Source: Paraspadella gotoi
Taxonomy: Eukaryota > Animalia > Chaetognatha
Reading direction: 5' to 3'
Assembly (NCBI GenBank): GCA_051294375.1
Contig: CM119266.1
Coordinates: 7,588,606 to 7,652,605 of the forward strand
Length of the DNA stretch: 64,000 nt
Position numbers and translations under genes: made by a program. Shown piece by piece: positions 27,725 to 39,551 of this stretch (its first letter is position 1; each line of letters begins with the position of its first letter). Below the pieces are notes generated by a model, which worked only from the letters and a program-made list of their open reading frames with translations, was not told the DNA's origin and made no database searches.

Positions 27725-29449
27725 CTCTCTCCTCTTTACATCTAGTCTCTTATCAGTTCACAACAATTACCGAACAGCTGTATCCACGCACAGCAGCAGG
27801 GAAACAGCAGGAAAAGCTGTCAGCAACCGCGCCCCAAGTTAAAGAAATCAAAATGTACTTTTTAAATTATAGGTCACGAGTTGCATAGTTTGATCAAATA
27901 TTTGTGTATAAAAAAATTAAAAAAAAGACCGGACAGTGCGAAGCGAACGGTGTTAAAGCGAGGTGCCATCCATTAATTTCTGCTCTCCCTTTTTTTTGCG
28001 TCGGCAACTTCTAATAGCAACATTCGCGACGGCTCCGCATATTACATGTGTCCGTTTGTTCGCGGCGCAATAAGTTTGGGGAAAAAGAGTCTTTTCATAC
28101 AATTGAAACATTCTTTTAATATTATACACTCATGATAAATGAATTAAATAATTTTTATATTGGTTGTACCAATTTCATTAAATCAAGAATAATAAGATTA
28201 GAATCAGGAAGAGACCTCACTGAAAAAAGGTGTAAGACCAAAATATATCAAACCCTAAAAAGACAAAATTCTGCAGAGGGGGGTGACAAGTTTGTTAACT
28301 ATGTCTTGTCCAAAAAACTAAGTGATTCCCTAAGCGACAAAATACCAGAGCCCCCCCAAAGGGATTTTTTGGCATCAAATAGAAACCTAAAGTAAAACAA
28401 GCTCAGAAGGCCAAAAGGCCAAAAGACCAAAAGTATTTTTTCCAATAGCCCTTTCAAAAAAGAGGCCAAAAGTCCAAACGACCCTTCCAAAAAAGAGGCC
28501 CTTTCGAAAAAAGAAGCAAGACCGTTGACTAGAAAAAAAAAACACGAGTAGACTTTTGAGTGAAGACCAAGGTGCGGAGCCAAAGACTGGAACCTTCCCT
28601 CACCATAACCTCTTTCCTTTTAATGCGCATCGTTTCTGTTGAGGAGGAAAGTTTGTCAGAGATTGAGTCCATTTTGTGGAATTGGAGGATCCGAGTTCCC
28701 AGTAGTCGTCGTCGTTATCTCGTCGTCGTGTCGTTGTGTCGCGTGGTCGTGGTCTGTGGTCGTCGTCGTCGTCGTCTTCATTGTCGGTCGTCGGCCAAGG
28801 GGCGGACAGTACGCTATTTAACTGCATTCAAATTCGATTTAATCAAATTACACTCGGTCTGGCATGTACTCTAACACATAACTTTCTTAGTTGCAGCGCA
28901 ACTCTATAAGTCAAACTTTCGGTTCAGTCTGTCGTCGGTCGGTCGGTTATTTCTGTCCTTCGGTCTGTCCTTATGTTAAAAATAATAAATAACTCACTTA
29001 TTGTTGGTTGCTTTTTTACAAAGAATGATTAGACCTAGATAATAATATTTTAAATTTCTAGTTTAAGGATTAGCGGAACATAAATGAGGCGATCCGGTAA
29101 ATGGCGCCGTTATTTTTTTTTTTTTTTTTTGACAAATTAATCAGAATCAATTTCCCCCCCAGATTCGTTGTTTTTTTTTTTCGTCGTTTTTTCCCGCCTT
29201 TTTCTCGTTTCCCTTTTAGTATCGTAACCAAATGTTTCTCAAAACATGTTTGGCAAAGGAATCGGTGTTTTTTTCGTTGTCGCTCACGGATTGTATCACT
29301 CGCGACAACTTCTTTCTTCTCTCTTCTCTTCTTTCTTCTCTCTTCTCTCCTTTCTTCTCTCTTCTTTCCTTTCTTCTCTCTTCTCTTCTTTCTTCTCTCT
29401 TCTCTTCTTTATTCTCTCTTCTCTTCTTTCTTCTCTCCTTCTCCTTTCT

Positions 29450-29924
29450 TTCTTTTCTAATTTATCTTATCTATCCTATCATTGTCTTTTTTTATTTCAA
29501 TTCCCTTTCTTTTTTTTCTATAACCCCGTCCCTTCCTTTTTCCATTTTCCTTATCCTTCCTCTTTTATTCCTTTCCTCGTCCTCTTCCATCTTCTTCTCA
29601 TCATCATCATTTCATATTTTCTTCCTCCTCTTCCTCCTCCTCCTTCTCCTCCTCCTCTTCAACTTACTCCCGACGAAATCGAAACAAAACAAAAAATTTC
29701 ACGAAAAAAAAAAGGATAAAAAAGTTGAAATTCGAAACTTTGACGAAAGAAAAAAAAGAAAGAAAAAAAGAAAATGAGAGGAAATTGATTCCGTGGAATG
29801 AGAGAAGAGAAAAAGAGAGAGAGAGAGAGATGGAAAGGTGTGGAAAGAAAAGAGAGAGAGAGAGAGGAAGAGGAGGAGAAAAAGGAGGAAGAGGAGGAGG
29901 AATAAAAGTAAGAGAGAGAGAGAA

Positions 29925-29974
<50 letters not shown>

Positions 29975-32318
29975 AGAGAAGAAATGAAAGAGAAAGTAAG
30001 ATATGGGTCTCTGGAAAGGAGTATAGTAAAAAATACTATTAGTACTTGAAGGAGCACGGCAATTTAAAAAATACATTATAAAAATAACAATAACATCCCC
30101 TCTTTAAGTTTAACATAATTATCATAAATATGCTAATATTAATTTTAGATAATTTCCTTAGAAATATTCCTTAAATATTTTTCAGATAAAATAAAAAATA
30201 TAAATAAAGCCATACTATATTCACAGTACTTTTTAAAATTTTCATAAAAAAAAGCGAAAAAAAAACGGTTGGGAAATAAGTAAATCAAACATTTAAAAAA
30301 AGTGCACTAATTCATTATTATTCATAAATATCTATATAAGGAAGGAATTTTTGATGCAACCAAGAATGAGAAGGAGTTTATCAATCTCATTTGCTAAGTT
30401 TACTGTTATTTTAGGACCATTTAGCTCTCTTAGATCTATTCTAAACATATTCAATTTGGCAATTCTTATGTAAGTGAAGTCGTCGTGGTTTCCCCCCAAA
30501 AAAATATCAGACCGAATGACTTCACCAATATCGACAAGGTGCTGAGAATCAAAGCGATAACGACAACAGGGAGACGATAGAAAAAAAAAGGTAAACGGAG
30601 ACGTCGACGACGACGACGACGGCGACGGCGACGACGGAGGGAAATTTATTTGACGTGGATCGAGATTCGACGCCGGAAACAGGAAGTGGAATCGAGACGG
30701 TGGCGCCTTTGGTCAGATGAATGACGAAGAGATGAGAGAGAGAGAGATGATGAGAGAGATTAGAGAAGAGAGAGAAGAAGAGCAGAGATGGAGATATGGA
30801 GATCAGAGGAGAGAGAGAGAGAGAGAGAGATTTGGGTGACGCCTTCGCTGACGATGATGGCGTCGAATTCTCTTCGTGACGGAAACGAGTCTCCGTCTCG
30901 CGTCGATCGCGCCTTTTACCTATCTTCTCTTCTCTTTTCTTTTCTTTTACTTTTACTTTACTTTTACTTTACTTTACTTTTACTTTTACTTTTCTTTTAC
31001 TTTACTTTTCTTTTCTATTACTTTACTTTTCTTTTTTCTTGTTTCTTTTATTTTTTCTCTATCTTTTTTTAATTTTCTTTAATTCCCTTCTCTTTTCTAT
31101 TGTCTTTTATTTTATTTTCTTTCCTTTTCTTTTGTTTTTTTTTCTTTTCTTTTGTTTTTTTTTCTCTTTTCTTTTCTTTATTCTATTTCTTCTTTTTTTT
31201 CAATCCTTTTTTCTTTCTTCTCTATTCTTTTCTTCTTTTTTTCTTTTTTCTTTTAGTTTTTATCTTTAGTTATTTTTATTTACTAGCTTCTTTGTCTTCT
31301 CGTTTTTTGTTGCTTCTTTTCTTTTCTCGTTTCTTTCTTCTTTGTTACTATCTTCCTTCTCTTTCTTCTGTAATTTTACTTTCTTCCTTCTCTTTCTTCT
31401 CTAATTTTACTTTCTTCCTTCTCTTTCTTCTCTAATTTTACTTTCTTTCTTATCTTTCTTCTCTAATTTTACTTTCTTCCATCTATTTCTTCTCTAATTT
31501 TACTTTCTTCCTTCTATTTCTTCTCTAATTTTACTACTTCCCTTTTCTCATTTTTTTAAATTTTGCTTGTTCGCTTCCTTTTATTTTGACATCTTCCTTT
31601 ATTTCCTTTGTTTTGATTCGCGTCTTTCTTTCGTTTGTTTTATGTCCTTCCTTAATTTCTTTTCCTTTTTTTTTGGCTCCGCATCCTTATTTTGATGGCT
31701 CTCCTTTAATTTTGGTTTATGTCTTTTCCTTTCCCTTTAAATTCTTTTCTTTCCTTTCCTTTAGTTTCATTTCATTTCCTTTTCTTTCTTTTACTTACCT
31801 TTCCTTTCTCTTCAATTTACTTCCTTTCCTTTTTTCCCTTTCATTTCCTTTCTTTTCCTTCCCTTTCCTCTCCTTTCCTTTCCTTACTTTCACTCCCGTT
31901 CTTTTCTTTTCTTTACTTTCACTTCTATTTCGTTCCATTACTTTCCTTTCCTTTCTTTTCCTTTCCTTTCTTTTCCTTTTCTTTCCATTCCTTACTTTCA
32001 CTTAAATTTACTTTCTTCTCTTTCCTCTCTTTCATTTACTTTCCTTTCCTTTCCTTTCCTTTCCTTCCTTTCATTTTCTTTCCTGTCTTTTTCTCTCCTT
32101 TCCTTTCCTCTCCTCTCCTTTCCTTTCTCCTTTAAAATCAACAACAGACGAAAAATATTCATCAGTTAAAATTTTTTCTAAGGAAGATCCGATTTTGTTG
32201 TCGTTGTTGTCGTCATCGTCGTCGTCGTCGTCGTCTTGACTCCAAAGGAAAAAGAATCGGATGAAAGACGATTGTTTCTCTTTTATTCCGTTGGAAGGAA
32301 ATTTGAATGACAGAAGGA

Positions 32319-32393
<75 letters not shown>

Positions 32394-33545
32394 TGAGAGT
32401 CTCTTGTTTTCCGATTGGCGCCAATGGGCGAGAAAACTTTTTGACTTTTTCTCTTCCAAATTTGAAAGAAAAAAAATGGAATCCGTTACTTCATTTACAT
32501 CATTGATCGATTCATTTTCTTCATTTTTCTTTATTTTTAAAATATTTCTTTAGATATTTCTTCATTTTTATCACATTTCACTTCATTTTTTTAATTTTTC
32601 GGCAATATCAGTTGTAAATTTTGAATTTTTTAAAAATCAATTCAACGAAAAGTTTATATAATAGTTAATAGTAAAATTGTAACATATAACATATAACTTA
32701 TAACATCATATAGACGACCTTAGAATAATTTTAAAAAAGTACATATATATAGAGAGGAGATATATATATATATATATTATCCTAAGATGAGATAAGTATA
32801 TTCTAAGATCTTACAGAGGGAGTTGTCATTTTACAATTGAAACATTCTTTGAAATATTATTTTATATATATATTGTATATATTATATTATATGATAGGGA
32901 AGTCAGATACTCTGAGAATGAATAAACGAGACTGTGAGAGAGTCTTGAGTGAAAGCTTGCAATAACCTCCTGTTATTATCTTGTAAGAGTGATGGAGGCC
33001 CTAAACGACCATAGCCTTTCCAAAGTCAGGGGCAATGAGCTAATTTAATGAATGAATGAATATTTTTAAATTTGTTGTATCAAAATAAATATGAAATAAA
33101 CAAGATCAATATGTATGCACTATACGTGTGTAAATAAAAAGATTTGAATTAACAGAAAAGAAAATCTTGCCACAACGACGACGACGACGACAGCAACAAC
33201 AACAACAACTCGACAAACGATGTCAACGTTAAGTTGGTCGATCATTGTCTCCACAAAAAGCGTAAAAGACTTTGAAATCTCAGACGCGCATCGAAACCAA
33301 AGAGAAGCAGGTGCCGACAGATGCGGGCAGGTGTTGGTTACGACGGATGCAAAATAGTGAAGGAAAGAAATAAAAGAGAGAGAAGAAAATCGAGGATTTA
33401 AACACTCTTCTCTTTTTTTTCTTTTCTTTTCTCTTTTTTTCTTTATATTTTTTTCTTTAATTTCTTGATTCATTTATTTTTTAGATGTTACAAACATCAT
33501 TTCACCTTGAACATACTATACCGTGAGAATTTAGGATGGAAAATG
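29450..33545 (-). repeat. Inverted copy of ~20820..24930
   Basis: Reverse-complement colinearity (ccgtggaatgagag; ggtgacgccttcgctgacgatgatggcgtcgaattc; ccgattggcgccaatggg; gcaggtgccgacagatgcgggcaggtg). Confidence 0.9.
33308..33333 (+). promoter_or_regulatory. Candidate bHLH/Snail-type enhancer: three E-boxes at exact 10-bp spacing
   Basis: CAGGTG (33308), CAGATG (33318), CAGGTG (33328); same in the copies at 4014-4039 and 21055-21080. Confidence 0.35.
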
Positions 33546-33547
33546 GA

Positions 33548-33617
<70 letters not shown>

Positions 33618-33774
33618 AAGGCAGTTAAGTATTATTTTTTTATATGAGAAAGAGAGTGCGCTAAATTAATGCGAAAAATAAAAAGTAGTTTAATGAAAAC
33701 ATAATCAAAAACAACATCAAAAGAAACAGTAAATGTAAAAGAAGTAAAAAATATAGTGAAAGACAAAAGTAAAC

Positions 33775-33940
33775 AAAAGGAGAGAAAAAGATAGGAGAGA
33801 AAATGATAGGAGAGAAAAAGATAGGAGAGAAAAAGATGGGAGAGAAAAAGATAGGAGAAAAAAAGATAGGATAGAAAAAGATAGGAGAGAAAAAGATAGG
33901 AGAGAAAAAGATAGAAGAGTAAAAGATAGGAGAGAAAAAG
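33775..33940 (+). repeat. 15-bp tandem repeat (GATAGGAGAGAAAAA)n
   Basis: About ten visible units; a shorter copy lies at ~36075-36170. Confidence 0.9.
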
Positions 33941-35127
33941 GGGAAAATACAATTAAAAGAAAAGAAATATTTAGGAATAGATTGAAAGAAAGAGAATAAT
34001 GAAAAAAAAATAAATATTTAAGCATTAGATGAAAAAAAGAATATAAAGCCAAACGTTCAGCCAAATAACCTTTTGAGTATTTTGAAAAATAAAATAAAAT
34101 ACACAAAAAGAGAGAGATCTTGGAATGAGAGAGTCAGGTAGACACATGCCCTAAACCGAGCGAGAGACGCAGCGTATATGTACCACCCACTAGGTGAAGA
34201 TGATTTGAGAACTGGGTCAGACATGAGCTGAATAGGACGCTCAGCCGATGAGTGCGACAGCACGAGTTCACGCGAAAAGTATACACAGAACTGCACACGA
34301 CTTTGACATGTGGCTAGATGCAATCAGTGGCAGAGCATCCTGAATGACTTATACTCGATCCTGAGACGAGTGAGATTTTAAAAGAAAAGAGAAAATATTT
34401 AATGATGAATGAATATTTTTGATATGTTCGCTGTTAGTCGAGTGCGAAGATAAGGCACATCACTGAATGGATAAAAGACACTTTAATATGTATCTTATAT
34501 AGTATATTGTATGCTTTATAGCCGGTGTGTATAGAGTCATAGAGGTGGCGATTATGTTTTTACTTGCGGGATCATACTATGAATACAACAAAATACTGAG
34601 CTCACTTAACAGACCGATCGCAGACGGTATGGCAGCAACAAGCGAGGAAACACTCGGACACAGCGACAGTCAACTTGGCAGATTGGTCTGCGAGCGATCG
34701 TGTGCGCCCACGTCAACCTAAGACACAAAACGAGCTGTTATGAGAACGGTCATGAGCAGATATCGAGACTTGCTCGCGATATGGTGAAAAACAGAGCACA
34801 CCAAGAATGAAAAGACCAAGATAAAAGATGTACACGAAAGAAGACATACAAAGAATAATGAGAATACATAAACATTAGAAAAAACTGAAAGAAGCTAAAA
34901 CATAGTTAAAAAAAAAAGGAAGGAAAATAAAAGAAGAGAGAAGAAAACGAGGATTTAAGACACCTTCTCTTTTTTTTTCTTTCTTTTCTCTTTTTTTGCT
35001 TTATTATTTTTTTCTTTAATTTCTTGATTCATTTATTTAGATGTTACAAAACATCATTTCACACCTTGAACATCTAATAAACGTGAAGAATTTAGGATGG
35101 AAATGGAAGATGAGAAAGAGAGAGAGA

Positions 35128-35182
<55 letters not shown>

Positions 35183-35488
35183 AGAAGAGAGAAGAGAGAG
35201 AGGAGAGAGAGAGAGTGGGCCCGTCCGATGTTATTGGTTGTAAAACTTGGGCCAGGAAGTCAGGGAGAAAGAAGTAGAGCGTAAGAAAATCAATTGACGA
35301 TCTGGAAACGGGCCAGATAGAGATGAGAAAAGAGAGAGAGAGAAGAGAGAGAAGAGAGAGAGAGGAGAGAGAGAGAGAAGAGAGAGAGAACGAAAAGAAA
35401 AAATGGGAGAGAATCAAGAGAATGATAGAGAACGAAGACGGACATGGGAGAACAGAAAGAAAGAAAGATGGAGAGAGATTAGAGAGAG

Positions 35489-35519
<31 letters not shown>

Positions 35520-35829
35520 AGAGAGAGAGACTATCAACTATCAAGCTGAGCCTTTTCTATCCAACACTTTCTAATAACTTCGACGCCAAATCTTGTCCAA
35601 TCAGCTATCATATCTCTCTCTCTCTCTCATCTCTCTCCTTCTCCTCTCTCTCCTCTCTCTCTCTCTCTCTCAATGATCCCACTCTTCTTGGCGAAAACCG
35701 AAAGTCAGGAAAACCGAGAGGCGAACAAATTGACGCCCCTCATATTTAAACTCAAATGGCGACGGAAATGGAGGAGAATATTGGGAGAGAAAGAGAGAGG
35801 AAAGAGAGAAGAGAGAAGAGAAGAGAGAA

Positions 35830-35866
<37 letters not shown>

Positions 35867-36379
35867 AGAGAGAAGAGAGAGAGGATGAGAAGAGAGAGAG
35901 AGAGAAAGTGTTAAGGCAGTTAAATAATATTATTTTTTTTATAATGAGAAAGAGAGTGCGCTAAATTAAAGCGAAAAAATAAAAAGTAGTTTAATTGAAA
36001 AAATAAAAAAATCATCAAAAGAAAAGAAAATGTAAAAAGGTAAAAAAAATAGTGAAAGACAAAAAGTTAAAAAAGGGGAGAAAAAGAATAGGAGAGAAAA
36101 AGATAGGAGATAAAAAGATAGGAGATAAAAAAGATAGGAGCAGAAAAAGATAGGAGCAGAAAAAAGATAGCAAAGAGAAAGAAAAAAGGGAAAATAACAA
36201 TAAAAAGATAAAGAAAAATTTAGGAATAGATTAAAAGAAAAGAGAATAATAAAAAAAATAAAATATTTAAAGTATTAGATGAAAAAAAGAATATAAAGCC
36301 TAACGTTCAGCAAAAACGTCAATCGCGGTTAAACTGACTCCAAACTTTTGAGTAAATGAAAATAAAATACACACACAAA

Positions 36380-36565
36380 AGATCAGAAAAAGAAGGAGTC
36401 AGAAAAAATTGGTCAGAAAAAGAGGTCAGATTTATATCTATTTTAATTTCTTAAACAGTAAATTTTATGAAAACTTTTAATCCTCTTTAATTCACAATTT
36501 TTTAACACATCCAATTTAAACTTTTACAAAAACTTTCTCTCTGATAGCGATACAGCGCGTCATGA

Positions 36566-36638
<73 letters not shown>

Positions 36639-37049
36639 CTCAAGATTAGCCTCCTCCTTCTCGTTATGGAATTTGAAAAGAGAACTCAAATGAATTCAAT
36701 TGGGTTGGAATAAACAGACGGAAGTCTCCCTCTCTCTCTCTCTCTTTTCCTCTCACTCTCTCTCTCTCTCTCCCTCTCTCCTCTCTCTCTCTCTCTCTCT
36801 CTCCTTCTCTCTCTCTCTCACTCTCTCTCCCCATTCTCTCTCGCTCTTTCTTTTAAAAAATTGCCGTCGCTGTCATTTTTTCCCTTTCATCTTTATCATT
36901 GTCACTTGCCAATCTTTCACTTTTCGATCTCGTTGTCTCGATTTTGTCCATCATAAAAATGTCGGGCGTCGTCAATCGTCGTTTTTGTTGTCCGAATTGT
37001 TATGTCCGTTTTGAAAGAATAAGAAAATTCAGCATTTTTTCCACCAGAC

Positions 37050-37080
<31 letters not shown>

Positions 37081-38520
37081 CTCTCTCCTCCCTCTCTCCT
37101 CTCTCCTCTCTCTCTCACTCTCTCCCTCTACATAAACATTCCCAGCTCCAAACAAACATGGGCATTGGGCAACTATGATTCTCTTTCCTATCTTCTTAAT
37201 TAAATAATTAACTAATTTCTAATATATGTCACCTCTCCTCACATACCCGCCCCCCCCCATTTTTTTTCAAAAATCTCTCGTCCGTCTCCTCTACCTCAGC
37301 AGACGCGGCAGGAAATGACCGCAGGAAACCAGCATGTAATCTGGGTTGCAGGCGACACTCTCCAGCAGCTGCCCAAAGGCTGCAGTTGGGTGTTGATTCC
37401 GCGGGCAGAAGCCTGGAGAGGTTTGGGTGGGCCAGGGGGAGCGGGGGTGGGGTGTTGGGGTGAATTGGATGGAGCGGGGAAGGGAGTGAGGGGGTGAATC
37501 GTGAGAAAATAAAGAAAATGAATATCATATTTAAAAATTANNNNNNNNNNNNNNNNNNNNNNNNNAAGATCAGAAAAAAAAAGAGAGTCCAGAAAGAATT
37601 GTCAAAGAAAAAGAGGTCAGATTTATATCTCATATTCAATTTCGTTACAGTAAAAAATTTTAAAAAATTCAAATTTTTATCCTCTTTAATTCACATTTTT
37701 TTACAACCCATCCAAGGAATTATAAAAGCTTTTTACAAAACCTTTCCTCCATGCGGTGATAGGCGGATACAAGCGCGTCCATGATATCTCCCTTCTCTAT
37801 CTCTCGCTCCTCCTCCCTTTTTCCTCTCCTCTCCCTCTCTTCGATCCCTCCTCAGGTCTCTTCTCTCCCTCCGTCGTCGTCTCTCCTCTCAACTCTCTCT
37901 CTCCTCTCCTACTCTTCTCTTCTCTCTTCTCTCCCTCAAGTTACCTCCTCCTCCTTCTCGGTTATGGAATTGTAAAAGAGAACTCAAATGAATTCAATTG
38001 GTTGGAATAAACAGACCGGAAGTCTCCCCTCTCTCTCTCTCTCTCCCATCTCTCCTCTCTTCTCTCATCTCTCTCTCTCTCCTCCTCTCTCCTTCTCTCC
38101 TCTCTCCCTCTCATCCTATCTCTCTCTCTTTCTTTTTAAAAATTGCCGTCTCTGTCATTTTTTCCCTTTCATCTTTATCATTTGTCACTTCCCATCTTTC
38201 ACTTTTCCGATCGTCGTTTGTCATCGATTTTGTCATCATAAAAATGTGGGCGTCGTCATCGTCGTTTTTGTTGTCCGAATTGTTATGTCGTTTTGAAAAG
38301 AATAAGAATTCAGCATTTTTTTCCCCAGACTCTCTCTCTCTCTCTCTCTCTCTCCCTCCCTCTCTCTCCTCTCCTCTCCTCTCTCCTCCCTCTTCCCTCT
38401 CACATAAACATTTCCCCAGCTCCAAAACAAACATGGGCATAACTATGATTCTTTTCCTATCTTCTTAATTAAATAAATAACTAATTTCTAATATATGTCA
38501 CCTCTCCTCACATACCCCCC
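36380..38520 (+). repeat. Tandem duplication across the 25-N gap (36380..37260 matches 37566..38520); similarly 33615..34110 matches 35910..36380
   Basis: Shared unique text such as gttatggaatt..aaagagaactcaaatgaattcaattg and ttgttgtccgaattgttatgtc occurs on both sides of the gap. Confidence 0.85.
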
Positions 38521-39551
38521 CCGCTTAAAAATTAGTAGTCAAAATATCATCGATTAAATTGGGAATAAAGTAATACTCATAAAGAAAAGGTAATGAGAAT
38601 TTTATTTAGATTATGGTTATACTAGGCTTAGAGTACATAAAACCCTTATTTTTAGGATTCTATGGATTTCTAGATCAGTAAAATCTGACTTGGACGCCGA
38701 TTAAACTCGTCCATCTGGTTGTAGCAAGTTGCAGGAGCAGAAAAACTGACCGGACCGCAGTATACTGCGGTGGAGGATTATTCAACATCAATGATTAATT
38801 TCTGAATAGATATCAACTCATTGCTTCGTTTTTCTCATTAAAAGGTTTGATGAGATTTTTTCACATTAAAAATATTTGATCTATATCTTAGGTTTTCAAT
38901 TATGAAATCGAAATTAAACTCGGTACGAGTTTAGATCAGGGCATATTCGCTTCAAAATTCTTTTCTAACTTAAAAATCATTTTCAGTAAAGAAAAAAAAA
39001 ATTGTCATTTGGTTCCACTTTGTTTAAAATACTTTTTACTAAAAAAAATTAAACTTCGATCAAATGAATACATTGAATCAGTGAAGTTAGAAAAAATGCA
39101 ATTACTGTACTTTTTGGATCCAGAAGTTCTAGCAGTTTTATATGTCTTTATTTTTAAAATAAAACAATTATCAGCACTCAAAGTAAATGTAAAAATACAA
39201 AAATACAAATAAACATGATAATGGAGATACCAAAAAAACAAAACTGCATGAACTCATCTTTCCGGTAGTTCTTTCAAATTAATCATTCACTTAACCAATT
39301 TGACACAGCGTTCATTTGTAAAGTGACTATACGCTTGAGACACTCTGTAGTTACTCATAAATGTTATATTTCTTGTTTGTCATCTTTTTCGTCTTTTTCG
39401 ACTAATTGGAACCAACGCTAATTCTTACCTTAACCAATTATAAAATTATGTATATTTCTCGATTTATTTATTCGAAACATTACAGAAATCATTTTCATCA
39501 TTGATTCTGATGTGGTCCAGAAATGCATCTTTATTGGCTTAACGTAAATTA

